NCBI GenBank assembly: GCA_951406725.2
Contig: OX597820.1
Span: 114,390,001 to 114,454,000 of the forward strand
Source of the DNA: Octopus vulgaris
Lineage: Eukaryota
Length of the DNA stretch: 64,000 bases
Direction of reading: 5' to 3'
Shown: one piece after another, positions 12,895 to 26,400 of the stretch
Numbering within the stretch: position 1 is the stretch's first letter
How the letters are laid out: the number at the start of each line of letters is the position of its first letter
Position numbers and translations under genes: made by a program
The notes under the pieces: model-generated
Databases searched by the model: none
Seen by the model: only the letters and a program-made list of their open reading frames with translations
Told to the model about the DNA's origin: nothing

Positions 12895-13245
12895 TTTCGT
12901 TCCCAACCACATGGTTCCAGGTTCAGTCCCAGTGTGTGGCACTTTGGGCAAGTGTTGTCTGCTATAGCCTCAGGTCAACCAAAGCCTTGTGAGTGGATTT
13001 AGTAGACAAACTGAAAATAGTATGCATGTGTGTGTGTCCCCAACAACTACCTGACAACTGGTGTTGGTGTGTTTACATCCCTGTATCTCAGTGGTTTGGC
13101 AAAAGCGACCAATAGAATAAGTACCAGGCAAACAAAAAAAAAACAAACAAACAAAACTCATAGAAAACTGAGGTCAATTCATTCAACTAAGTTTCTTCAT
13201 GGCAAGTACCCCAGCATGGCCAAAGTCTAATGATTGAAACAAAAG
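12895..13245 (+). mobile_element. tRNA-derived SINE (family B), diverged
   Basis: ccacatggttccaggttcagtccc...tttgggcaagtg...cagcatggcc...gattgaaacaaaag, homologous to 43612-44030. Confidence 0.75.
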
Positions 13246-14479
13246 AACTGCTTTTTACTAATGAAAAAACCACTAGTTTCTCCAAATTCTAGGTATTTTT
13301 TTAATGTAGTTTTTAGATATTAGTATAGCTAATGAAGTCATGTGGCCTAGTGGTTAGGAGTGTTTGGTTCATGATCAAATGTCATGGATTCAATTCCTGA
13401 ACAGAGCAATGTGTAGCATCCTTGAGCAAGGCACTTCATTTTGCTTTGTTTCAGCCTACTCAGCTGCAAGCAAGGTCCAGCAGAGTGCTGATGCAGCTCT
13501 CTCTCTCAATCTAGTTGTCAAAGCCTAGTGTACTGCTGGATCAAAGGGTAGAAGTGCCAAGAAGATGTCAGTGTAAGCTCACGATGGCATATGCACCTAA
13601 AACAATTAGTGAAAGCAGGTACATACTTGTTCACAGGTGATGGCTGACTATTAAATATTAGTACGGTGAATTCAACAAAAAATATATAAATGAAGAGAGA
13701 GAATCCATATACCACATGGTTATACACTGTATAGCAATAAAGCAATTACACTACAGCAGTAAAGGTGATTACCCATTTCTGGATACCTCTGACCATGAAA
13801 AGTCATATAATTGACTACAATCTAACAACAAACAGAAACAAATAATGTCATGAATGTCAAATCTACATTCTTTTTCTTTTTAACCTTAATTGACGAACAT
13901 TTAACATAGCATAAAACTATATCACTGTCTTCAGCTTATGAGCTATGCATATGTTCTAAATATACATTTCATTTTTCTTTTCTTACATGTGATGTGAACT
14001 TCAATGCTTTTTGTACACACAAACTCATAAAGCTGCATATGTACATCCCCTGAGCATATTCGCACACAGTATATACACATCATACAGGAAATCTAAATAG
14101 TGATGATAATATACAGTGTTTAGAATGAGCATATTTTGGAGCACTCTTATCACCTTTATCAGGGACTCTCCCAGATACACAAGAGGTTAATGTGGATGAA
14201 CTTTTGTAGAGAAAACAAAAAGGAGTTCCAAAAAGTTCATTCTGAAGTGGTGGTGGTGGTTTAATTCACAAGTAAACACTGGCTGAGTATATTTATGGTG
14301 GAAGACATTCAAGCCTTGATAGTCTGATCTTTTTCAGACTGTACCTCCAGTATGTCATCTATTAAGATGTTAGATGGATGGTTTGGAGAAAAGTTGAAAA
14401 TTTTTGCAGTGGGTGAAGTGACTGCATAGAGACTCTCTTGTTTTGAGGGTGAAGTATTTAGTTCAGGGTTCGAGATAGA

Positions 14480-14860
14480 GTAAGCGACTAATAGAGAAAA
14501 TAGAGGCTAGTATATTGGTCAGTAAACAACTCAGAGGAATAGCTTTGTAAATGCTAGAGGCTGGTTCCAGAATGCTGGTAGACTGGTGGATGTAAACTCT
14601 TTGCTAATCAGCTGGATAACTATTTAGGGAGAAGCTGTCTAGATGTGCATAGCAGCTGCTCTTTTTAGGGATATGTAAGCAATACTTTGTGCATCACATT
14701 TGTGCCATATAGAAGCTCAACAGATGTTTAGTGCTGATTTAGTTTCTGGTCTTGAAGAAGTTGAAGCTTTTGTTGTAGTTTGGCTGCTTTGGAGCTGTGG
14801 ACACCATCAGAGATAAGATATTATGAGGTCTAGCATATGTGGTGGGGAACAAAGTGTCTT
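14480..14860 (-). mobile_element. Highly degraded LINE ORF2 C-terminal relic
   Basis: Similar character to 10200-10580; no intact ORF. Confidence 0.3.
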
Positions 14861-16317
14861 GTTTGTAGTGTATGTGATGTTAATCTAATTAATGCCAAAG
14901 AATAATGAAAAAGAAAAAAAAAAACCCCATAAAAGTAGATCATTAAATAAATGAGGTTAGCTGATAGCGATACTTGAAATACTGGTCAGGTAAGTAAAAT
15001 CCTGATACTATCTGGGTTTATTTTGGCTTTAAGCAGGAGTTTGAAACAAGAGAAACTTGTTAATGATACAGAACAGGTTAAGAAAAGACAATCTAGTTGC
15101 TATATCTCTATACTGTGCTAGAACTAAATGTTAAAGAGAAACAATGATTGTCTAGAACCAAGCAAAATAGGATAAATTGCAAGAATGCCTAGTGTCTTAC
15201 AGTGAGAGTTTTAATTCAAAATCTACCAAAATTAAATAAAGCATTTGAAGGTTCTGGTTGAAGAAATAAGACAAGGTGAGAAGACATATTTCCGATGACT
15301 TGTCTAAACTGTGACTGTCACGTATAAAATAAAATGTTGCTGTTGGTGCCATACAAGACAGGATAATTATCAATACATTCATTAATGGACATGAGTTTGA
15401 ATTCTTTTAAAAATTAATTGAATCGTTCCTGTCTTTTGAGTAATAGCATAAATATTATATACCAGCGTCAAGCATTCTGAAACTGTTTGCTGTGAAATTC
15501 TGAGTGGCTAAAGGACTCAGGGGAACTAACCAAAATGTTTGCTGTTCATTATCTTTTTTTTCTTTTTTTTGCAGGTGCTACAAGGTGTTGTCCATGGTAA
15601 AAACAATTTACTTTCCATGACTAATTTAATTCTAAGTAGGTGCTACTGTGCAGTAAAGTTCATTGCTGCAAGTAGTGGATCTAGAATGGAATTAAGGGTT
15701 GCAGTAAAGAGTCTAGTTGTATGTAAAAAGGAAACCATGCAACTCAGCAAGAACTTTCTCTCATTCACTTAATGTTATTAAAACCACCTCTTTGTGACTG
15801 ATTTAATGCTAGGAAAACTGATTTTTGTTGTTTTACAAAGAAGTTAATCAAAGATTAATTACAATTAATGGCTTTATTGAAACATCTGAACTGTTAGTTC
15901 TTGTCTGACAGTGTTTCATTTTGTATAACTAAGTCCTATTGATACTGGAGACAGTCAGCTTGCATATGTTCTACTGTACTACATGTTTTTACTCATTCCA
16001 ACCAGTGAGTTGTGGTCATGCTGGGGCACAAAGCGAGGAATTTGCGGGGAAGGAGTGAAGTCAATTAGCGTAAACGTCAACTGTATGTGCACAACTGATC
16101 GACTTAACAAGGATGAAAATCAAAGTCATCTCTAATGGATTGAAACAGAGAATATTTAGGAATCTTATGAAATACTTCCAACCAATCTGGAATTTAAATG
16201 TTTTGACACATGACTGTCTTGTATAATAATAATAATAATAATAATAACAATAATAATAACAATAATAATAACTGAAACAAAAAGTAATTTTACAACTGAA
16301 GCCAACAACACAAATTA

Positions 16318-17030
16318 TACATACACAAATATACATATGCATACATACATATACATGCATATATGCATACATATACACACATGTATGCATACATACATAT
16401 ACATGCATGTACGCATACATACATATACATGCATGTACGCATACATACATATACATGCATGTACGCATACATACATACGCATACATACATATACATGCAT
16501 GTACGCATACATACATATACATGCAAGTACGCATACATACATATACATGCATGTATGCATACATACATATACACACGTACGCATACATATATACACATAC
16601 ATTTACATATACACATGTGTACACACACATTAACATATAAACATACATCCGCACACATTTACATATAGACATACGTACACATTTACATATAGACACACAC
16701 ACATTTACATATAGACAATGGTACACACATATTTACATACACATGTATACACATACATATGTATACATGCATGTGTGTATATAAATTTATACACACACAT
16801 ACCTATACATACAGGAATATATACATGCACTCATACACAAGTACATACATATGTATGTATGTATATATACAGACATATATATACACACACACACCTGTAC
16901 ATACATATACACTCATATACACACATACATATATATATACACACTCATATACACACCTACATACACATCTATATATCCATATATACATATTTACAACTAC
17001 ACATTAACATACATATTTAGATATAGACAC
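16318..17030. repeat. (TACA/CA)n compound microsatellite with 26-bp unit acatgcatgtacgcatacatacatat
   Basis: Unit repeats directly at 16401, 16427 and 16453. Confidence 0.95.
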
Positions 17031-18865
17031 ACAAGAATTCAAACATTTCATGCTAAATTTACTTTTCATATCAACCAAAGTATCTTTACATCATATGTGG
17101 AGTAAAGTCGAACATTGTTAGCCATTAGACAAAAACAAAATGAATAAATAAAAATAAGAACAAAAAATTCTCACCAAGCAACCAAGCAGAAGTATGTAAA
17201 TGAGATGCAATAAGCGAAGCTATTCAAAATCATGCCACACCCCTTTTTTATTACTTTTTGCTGAACAGAACATAACACCAAGAAGCAAAAGAAAGCAATG
17301 TTTGGGACCGGAGACAGAGAATACACACAGATAGCAGATATGACAAGATATATAATTCAAATAATAATGCAACAAAAAATATAAAATTGTCAAGAAAAAA
17401 AAAGTTCTTTTAATTAAACTGAAAGCAAAAAAGCAAAATAGAGTTTTGCAGATTTCTTTTTCTTCTATTTAATTTAATCATGTTAATGAAAAATATTTGA
17501 AATAGTAATAAGCTGTTAGAATATATACTAAGCTGTTAGAATATATACAATAAAATATTAAATAAATAATAGCATTGATAATAAATAGATGTTAAGGTGT
17601 GTGTAAAAAGACAAAAATAACAAGACTTATTAGATGCGGGTCTTAATAATCAAAATATTTTCTTTTTCACAAGATTTAGCTCAGAATAATGGAACCTAAA
17701 TGGGTGAGGATGGGGAAATCCAAAACAAAGAGCACCCCTGTTGTTCAAATATTTGAGAAGGTAGGGATTTAGGTATAATATATAAACAGAAATGTAATAA
17801 CATTTAAGTAACCAAAGTATACTTTACACAATTATTCTCAAAATATATATTCATCGTCATAATTTTATGTTTGCTTTCCATGCTACTATGGATCTCCACA
17901 GTTTGAGTCAATTCTGACTTGGAGTTACTGCCCTCCTAGGCAGGTTGGGGGATCAAATGCTGGTTCTACATTCTATTTTTGACATGGTTTCAATGGCTGG
18001 ATGATGTTCTAACACCAACCACATAACACAATGTACTGGGTGCATTTTATTGTGGTACCAACATGAAGGGTTGCCATGTCCTCAACAGGACAAGAAAAAA
18101 TGTCCAAAGGGTTCTCCTAATCCTATTTTCTGCTATTTTGCCAACAACATTACAGCGTAGTAAGGGAATTTTATTATGGCCCCGACACTGATGATGTTGC
18201 TTTGAAGACAAAGGAGTCTTCACTATTCTTTGTTACCTAGGTTTATTCAGGGCAACATGACCAACAGAGTGGGGAAGGTGAGGAGGCAATTAGAGAAGAT
18301 ACCAAAAGAGAAGGGAAAAGTGAAAGTATGATGGGTGTGTTGGTGGTGGGGAAGGTGACTGAGGTGTTGCTGTGGAACTAGACCATGCACATGAGTATAT
18401 GTGTGTATATATACATATATGTATATGCACACACACAGTCCCAAATGAATTCTTTCCAACTAATACTTTTAACAAAGGCGTTAAAGGTAAATTCCATCAA
18501 TTCTATTATTATTATTGGTTATATTCTATGGGTGTTAGGAACAATTGAAACAATTTGATGAAAGGTTCATAAAACAAAACTCTAGTGGAGAATTTTCTCC
18601 AGTTACCCAAGTATTGCTCTATCACAGTGAGATCTTTTAGTTGAGATCTCAATCTGTGATCCCACTTTGTAATAAGAAATCAAGAGCAGTTTGTACAGAT
18701 TTACATTGAAAGGTTCAAAGAGCTAGAATGATTCCAAGCAAGTTAAAAATGAAGAAAGATTATAATGTAGAGAGAAGAGAATTCTAACATTTCAATCAGT
18801 CTTTATTTACTTGAAGATTTCCCTTGATAATTAAATATGCTCAACTTCAACTGATGTACTTATTA

Positions 18866-19325
18866 TAATGGGTCATCCCATAAATAATGCAGTTTTTACA
18901 GTTGCATGAACTAAAAGTCAGAGAGGGATGGGATAGACTACCTGCATCAACTTACTATAAAAGCAGGTAGTAATTTTACCTTGTCCTTGTTGCAAGTTTT
19001 GATTTGGAATGCAGTTTGATTTTAACAGTTATTTTTTTCAAAGCTATAATGGAAGTGACAAAGGAGCATATTTGGCATATTTTGTTTTATGAGTTCAATA
19101 AAGGCAGTAACGCTATGGAAAGTGCGAGGAATATTACTGCAGTATATAGGGATCGGACAATAAGCCTAAGCCAGTGTCAACAGTGGTTCCAGAAATTCCA
19201 AGACAGAAACTACAGCCTAGAAGATGAGCCTCAGCCTGGAAGACCTGTAGAGCTCAACAAGGACATCCTGCAAACCCTGGTGGAACAAAATTCCATTGTA
19301 ACTGTTGAGGAACTAGATTAAAAAA
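18866..19325 (+). mobile_element. Mariner transposon 5' fragment (terminus and HTH of transposase)
   Basis: ORF 19004-19321 MEVTKEHIWHILFYEFNKG...WFQKFQDRNYSLEDEPQPGRP is a mariner N-terminal HTH; TIR-like start tgggtcatcccataaataatgc. Confidence 0.85.
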
Positions 19326-19834
19326 AGAACAGTTTCCACGGGCTCCCTTTCAGGGCCTTGAAAGCTGGTAGAGAAGAAAAGTTTTCTTCAGAGACCTAGA
19401 CTGAATATTTGAAATAAGATAAATAAGGCAACCAACGAGAGGGTGGAAGGACAAATATTGATATTGAATTAACAGATTAACCCTACCAACCAAGAATATC
19501 TCCTCCTCATCCCATCAGTATCAGATGACCACACAGTTTCTGCCAACTAAATTTCATTTACAAAGCAATAGTAAAAGACACCCAAAATATCAGACAGTGA
19601 GATTTGGCATGAAATTATGTAGTTGCAAACCAAACTTCTTAAACACCCTATGTTATGTAGTAAGTCACATATATAAACTATTTAAGCCCCCTTAACTTAC
19701 CCTATGCCCTTCAGTGAGTTACATACAAAATGCATTTCTTAACTACCCTTCTTATCTATGCTAGGTCATACAAGTCACATATTCTTTCCCTTCTTACCCA
19801 CACTACATTATATATTAAGTCACATATTCTTGTA

Positions 19835-20046
19835 TTCCTTTGTTTCAGTCATTTGAATGTGGCCATGCTGGAACACCACCTTGATAGGTTTTAGTCAAAC
19901 AAATTGACCTAAACATTCATTTTTTTAAAGCCTAGTACTTATTCTATCAGACTTTTGCCAAACTGCTAAGTTATGGGGATGTAAACACACCAGCACCAAT
20001 TATCAAGCAGTGATGAGTGGACAAACACAGACAGACATAAACACAA

Positions 20047-20085
<39 letters not shown>

Positions 20086-20243
20086 CAGGCTCTTTCAGTT
20101 TCTGTTTTTCAAATCCACTTACAAAGTTTTGGTTGGACCGAGGCTATAGTAGAAGACACTTGTCCAAGATATCATGCAGTGGGACTGAACATGGAACCAT
20201 GTGGTTGGGAAGGAAGCTTCTTACCACACAGCCATGCCTGCAC
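19835..20243 (-). mobile_element. tRNA-derived SINE (family B)
   Basis: Homologous to 30716-31129, internal (TA)n. Confidence 0.8.
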
Positions 20244-20759
20244 CTATGTAATCTATTTCTTCCGTCACAGTGAAATTTCATGTTCTTAACTAGAATTTGA
20301 AGGTCACATGACAAAATCTTAAAGTAATGGTAAAATGAAGCTTCAGAAAACTGCCACAAATACTGACTACCTATTTCTGTAGGTACACAGAAAAATTATA
20401 CACATGAATATATTCAAATAACACTAGGGCCATTAGATCAATACAATACACCATGACTGAGTGGATATCAATCTGATCTCCAACTGATAAATACATTTGT
20501 GAAAAACAATGGTTAAGATTAGTCTAGTTTAATAGAAATTGAGTTTCTATTATTTTTGGCTTCTGATAGAATTTATAAGAAAAAAGACATATTTTGAATG
20601 AAATTTAAATTTATATTTCCAATTCAACATTCATAGAGGTGATTCTTTGTCATGGACCTAGTTTCCTCCAAGTCAGCAACAACAAACATTTCGAAGGCAT
20701 TTTTGCTGTCAAAGCAGAGGTTAATCATGTAAGTTACATCACAGCCTTGTCTATTTAAC

Positions 20760-22100
20760 TCCATCCTTTTTACATCTCCCATTGCCATGTCTTTCTCAGT
20801 TTTCTCTTTCTAATTCCATTCACATTTATTTCTATTACTTTCCTAATCTAGTCTCTTCCATCCTTCCACAACGCATAACCCAGCCACCCTATTTCTTTTC
20901 ACAACATCCATTTCTGGCTCTATTCCTATCATTCTCCACAATTCATTGTTTGCTTGTCTCCAAGTGATCCTCTACTCATCCAATAAACCATTCTCATTTA
21001 AGTTCTTGCTAACCTTCCCTTCTGCTCCACATTCACTACCCATGTCTCACTTCCATAAATCATAACCTTTTTCACATGTGCAGTATACACCCTTCCCTCA
21101 GTTTCAGTGGCGCTCCCCACTTCATTAACAAGCCACTTAGTTCCTGAAACCTTTCATAAACATTGGAAACTGATCCACCTTCAACATGTCTTCTAGGTAA
21201 CAAAATATTTTCACATCTTCCAGTTTCTTGCTATTTCCAATATCCAGTTCAACATTCCCTACTTATACATCTTGCACTTAAAAGTAGCTGCTACATTAGT
21301 TAATAGCCCTCTACATTTAATAATCTACGTTTTCAATGAACCCTCTCAGTGTATTTTGTACATTTAACCCTTTCATTATCAACCCGGCTGAAACCGGCTC
21401 TGGCTCTGAGTACAAAGGTTTTGTTTACATAAGTTTTGAATTAAAATTTCTCACCAAACCTTAGTTACAATTTATGTTCCTAACACTAGCTTAATGATAA
21501 CTAAGTTATTTTACTAAATTCTTTGTTATATTTAAAGTAATTGAAAGAAACACAGAGCATCTCAAAATAAATACAGTAACGAAAGGGTTAATGGAATTTA
21601 CCCTAGGACCCTTCCTTCACACTGCACATAACCACTTCCCTCTACTCTCCATCTCACCACATACTTTACCATTTGACATCAACTTCATATCTTTAGGCTC
21701 CATATATTCCTTCTATCTGTTCATCTTTTTCAATCTATTCATTCTCTCTATTATTTGTGCACAGAAATTTCCAAAGCCCTCACACTTCAAACCAAGATCT
21801 CCTTCTTGGCTACATGTAATAGTAAGCTTAAGTAGTGGCCTAAAGTACTCCCACTTTCACATACTTCATCCAAACAGTTGCAATATCACTACTATGATCA
21901 ACTGATCACCCTCTTCTCTTTTAATGCTTATCTCACCATTTTACATGGCACTCTATCAAAAGCTTTTTGAAGATCAACAAACTCATGAAACTTCTTCAAG
22001 TCCATGCGACTGCTTTACAATAAAAATTGCATCAGTTGCTCCTCTTGCTTGATAAAACCTAACTAGATTTCTCCCTCTCCCCCAATTTTAGCCAACCATA
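20760..22100 (-). mobile_element. Heavily degraded RTE-type RT region, interrupted by a MITE
   Basis: Minus-strand remnants such as FVDLQKAFDRVP (about 21980-21945) and GATDAIFIV (about 22045-22018). Confidence 0.55.
21368..21587. mobile_element. piggyBac-type MITE
   Basis: TTAA TSD at 21364-21367 and 21588-21591; TIR CCCTTTC(A/G)TTA. Confidence 0.85.
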
Positions 22101-22284
22101 TCTTTACTGAATGTACTTAAAAATATCAATTACAAAATCTATTAAAAAGAGAATTAATTGTAAATTCAAGATGTCATGAAAGATTTGTTGTTCTTCAGAG
22201 ATTTTTTAACCATGAACAAACTGAGGAATCAAAATTCTTTAAGCTACTTACCCATCTTACTATAAAATGTTTAAAAAAATATAT

Positions 22285-22495
22285 TCTTTTGTACTTGTTT
22301 CAGTCACTTGACTGCAGCTATGCTGGAGCACCACCTTTAGTCAAACAAATCAACCCCTGGACTTATTCTGTGTAAGCCTAGTACTTATTCTAATGGTTTC
22401 TTTTGCTGAACCAATAAGTTACAGGAACGTAAACACACCACAATTGGTTGTTAAAGAATGTGGGGTGGGGGACAAGCACAGATACACATATACAA

Positions 22496-22539
<44 letters not shown>

Positions 22540-22670
22540 GCCTTCTTTCAGTTTCTATCTACCAAATCCACTCACAAGGCTTTGGTTGGCCTGAAGCTAT
22601 AGTAGAAGAATTTGCCCAAAGTGCCACACAGTAGGCATGAACCCGGAACCATGCAGTTGGGAAGCAAGTA
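22285..22670 (-). mobile_element. tRNA-derived SINE (family B)
   Basis: tacttgtttcagtca...gctggagcacc...gaacccggaaccatg. Confidence 0.8.
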
Positions 22671-22877
22671 GAAAAAAAACTAACTTTCAATTCAGATATC
22701 TTAAAACCATTCTGATGACTAGTTGGTTGGTAACTTTAGGATAAACTACCCAAAGAGTAGAAACAGTTTTTGAATTCCAGCTGTCTAACCCCACTCCACG
22801 ATATACTGCTAGTACTTAAAGAGCTTGATTAAATTCCAGACATTATGAAAGATGCCACTGACCAAAATATAACTAAA

Positions 22878-23100
22878 TTAACACTTTCATTACTATGTTG
22901 AAATAATTTTGTTTCAATCTTGAAAAGAATGAAAAATTTAATAAAATAACTGTCAACATTTATCTGATGTTTGGAACATAAATCAACATGAAATTTTGAT
23001 GGGAAATTTTAATTTAGATCATGTTGAAGTAGGAAATTTGTATCATAGAAGAAAGACTTATATTTTAACCTTTTTGGTATCAAAAGGGTTAAAATATAAG
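22878..23100. mobile_element. Diverged piggyBac-type MITE in the opposite orientation to 21368-21587, ending in a 44-bp palindrome
   Basis: aatttaataaaataact...ggaacataaat...aattttaatt match the reverse complement of the 21368 MITE; terminus aaagggTTAA at about 23083-23092. Confidence 0.6.
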
Positions 23101-24829
23101 CCAGGTAAAAGGAATGGAATTAACAACATTCTTTGATAAAAGATACTGTCTTGAAATATTAATTACTCATTCTTTTCATAGTTCATCGATATATCATTGC
23201 AATTTTTCACCATCATTTTCTAATCAATTCATGATGCAGACCTACCCACTCTAATGACTATGTTAGATTCTAATCATTATCTTCATGGTAATCTTTTGAG
23301 AATTACAGATGAAATTTTTGTCAATGGGCATGTCTTTATAATCTGTGGGATGCAGTATATGAGTACCTACAAACAAACCAAGTGGAATATAGAATGTCAG
23401 TCATTAAGACTTGTTTGTAGTCTCTCTCTTGTCTGAATGAAAGGGGATTTCTACAGACCTCTTCAAAAGATGTATCTCTGAAATACTGTCTAAAGAAAAT
23501 CATGACCTGACATTTAGACATTATTTCTTGCAACTCCTCCCACTGGAAAAAACTGAATTAGCTCCTTGAAAAACATTTCTTGGCTGTGATACAGCCTTTT
23601 GTAAGCCACCCAGGAAAGAGAGAAGGATGAGAGGACTGGATTATAGGCATTGATGATGTGACGACTGTGAAAGGCTATACCTAGGAGGATTGTCAACTAA
23701 CCTTAACCATTTTGGACAGGTTTCAAGTAAAGCATATTTGTTGCCACAGGTAACTGACATAGAATTGATGGAGGTCCAACTAATTATCTGCCTTGAATGA
23801 TCAAAGGGTACATGAAAGCTAGAGTAGCTGCAAAGATTAATATTCCAAGGCTGATTTTGGAAGTGAGAAAAAGGTGAAAAATGTTTGGAGAGTGAGGGAC
23901 ATAACTGGACAAGGAATTTAACTGGTATATACAATAGTGCACATTGACTTCCGCCATCTTTGTCAGTGTAAGTGAAGCGTAAAATCTTAGCAAGGGATGT
24001 GAATACAGAAGTCATTGAAAATGAAAATTTTAGAGAAGAGAAAGTTGAGGCATGTTCTTAATGCAAAAAAGAGAGCACTGACCAAATTTCTGCCACTTAC
24101 TAAAATGTCTAAACTAACTTGAGAGTTTTTAGCTTCACGTCTTAATACACTTGATCAGTAGTACAAGACTATACCACTACCTGACAAATCTTTTATAGTG
24201 GAAGCTCCCAACTGAAATGACAGTCAGAAGGAAAATATTAAAATAAAAGTTAAAACGTTTAATTAATATTATCATTACTAATTATAAATTTGGAGTGAGA
24301 CTCAGGTGGAGAGGGTCAGGCTTTCCTTTCAAATATTACCATTAGTGTCCAACAAGAAGGATTATGTACCAAATTGGAATAGCTGGGACAAAGAGTTCCA
24401 ACTGAAGCTGGGTACTCTAACCATAGTGGCATACTGCAACCATGTGAAGTTGTCCAAACCATCAAGAGTATCAGTTCTGGTTTAATACACCAGTTATTGA
24501 TGGTTCAGACTACAGTTGAGTACTTCCAGCCATCAACAACAATTCTAACTACAGTCAAATATATTAGTAAATGTTTGAATATTTGAAAAAGGCATTCTTT
24601 GACCCAATTTCATTAATGATAAATAAATAGCATGATTAGAGTACAAAAATATATGTAAAACATTAAAATACTTCAATCAAAATATATAATAATAGCAATA
24701 ATAAAAATGAATATCCTGAAGGATTATTTTAAAATTCAAGTTTTGCTATAAGAATATGTATGGTGAGAATAATTGTGTAAAGTGTGCTTAAATCACTTAT
24801 GATAGAGAAAGAAATGAAAGTGAATGGAG

Positions 24830-25180
24830 GTTGATGTATCATGCAAATCAGAGTGTTGTGTGCAAAGTGTGAGTGTAATGACTGTAATGAGCAAGTGAGT
24901 GTAGCACACATGAGTGTAGAGTTCATGTAGGTGCAATGAGTATGTGAGCATAATGTACAATGTGCAACTGCAGACAGAGGACAACTGTGTTTGTGCAAGG
25001 TGCAAGTATATCTGAAACATGCAAATGGGCATGTGTGTGTATAATGTGCAAGTGTGTGCATGAGTGTATTGTGCATGTGTGTGCATGAGTATTGTGCAAG
25101 TGTGTACATGAATGTATTTGTGCAGGTGCATGTGTGTGTAGTGTGCAAGTGTGTTTGTAATGTGCAAGTGTATGTGAAAG
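24830..25180. repeat. Degenerate TGTGCA(A/T)G low-complexity tract
   Basis: Recurrent tgtgcaagtg / tgtgcatg units. Confidence 0.75.
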
Positions 25181-25603
25181 GCAGGAAACATTTCCTGTAA
25201 AGAGAAAGTAGAAATGGGTATAGAAACGGATCGTCATGCACAGGAAGATGGTGCAGCTGTGTCAATGTTGTGTCCCATGTGTGTCAGAAACAAAAGTCAA
25301 ACAAATAGGAAAACAGACCACATTTTGGTAAATTACCTCCACCCCCTTCAAACGGAACAGGGTCAACATGGACTATGGATAATAGGGTTCCTCTTTGGAC
25401 AATGAAACAAACAGACGCACACACAGAGTGATACTGATGATGGCAGTGGTTTGAGAGAAACAGACACACACATACACACACAAACACTGATGATGATAAT
25501 GGTGTTGGACTGGGTGGGAGTTGGTGATAGTAAAACCAGAAGCTATGGCATAATGGCAGTTATTTTGGTGAATTCTGTAAAATAGTGAGAATGCTGTTCT
25601 TAC

Positions 25604-25741
25604 CTCTTGTAATAGGTCCTGTGCAGCAATGGCCTTCAACACATTTTTCTTGCTGGTTTCCTGCACTTCACCGCCAAGCATTAACTCGTCAAGCATGAAG
25701 TAAGCTTTTTCAAAATTAAAGATTATGTCAAGCTCACATAC
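25604..25741 (-). CDS. AP1S2: AP-1 complex subunit sigma, coding exon ([46 protein letters not shown])
   Basis: ggcag|GTATGT acceptor, GAG|gtaaga donor, 138 nt, phase 0/0; peptide nearly identical to sigma1 adaptin. Confidence 0.97.
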
Positions 25742-26029
25742 CTGCCAATAGAGACAAAATGGAATTGTGCTCATTCAGTGCATAAATTATTCAACAATAT
25801 GAAAATATAATTTTAAAAAACAAAGAATCACTTCGCTACCATGTGGTTTGGGGGTCAAGTGTCTTCTACTATGGCTTCAAGCTGACAATGCCTTGTGAGT
25901 GAATTTGGTGGACAGAAAATGCTTGGAAGTTTACAATGTGTGTGTGTATCCATCTTCTCTCATACTCCCAAACTTTTTTACCCACCATTACCACTTCTCT
26001 TACATTCACCTTTTTGTAATTTGAGGGCA

Positions 26030-26400
26030 CACTGAGACCTCTTCAACACCATCGTTTTTAGCTGGGGTAACCACATATTACCCCTACAGCAAGACACCTG
26101 TCCCTGTTCCTTGAACTGCCTTATCACCTGGCACAAAGCCTCATCCAACAATACTACCTTCTACTCAGTTGAGGGTGTCTTGTGGAGTGGGTTACATGAT
26201 GACCTCACTCGTGCTAGTACCACATAAAAGTGCTTGTGTGGTGCCATGTTAAAAGCACTCGACACATTATAATGTGGTTGGCATTAGGAATGGCATCCAG
26301 CTGTAGAAACCAAGCAGCTCTCCAGCTTGCTAGCTCTCATCAAACCATCCAACCCATGCCAGCATGGAAAAGAGATGTTAAAAGTTGATGATTATGATGT
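26030..26400 (+). mobile_element. RTE-type LINE 3' UTR nested in a degraded SINE
   Basis: gtggttggcattaggaatggcatccagctgtagaaac...cccatgccagcatggaaa; SINE-B pieces on either side (about 25835-25950, 26400-26427, 26564-26610). Confidence 0.65.

Noticed and set aside
15539-15772. Plus-strand exon candidate after ttttgcag with Cys-rich flavour
   Set aside because: No recognisable protein or partner exons; may be a decayed transposon relic
23200-24150. Coding-like unique sequence (similar stretches at 1020-1480 and 3000-3400)
   Set aside because: Multiple stops and no motif I can assign; needs a translated repeat-protein search
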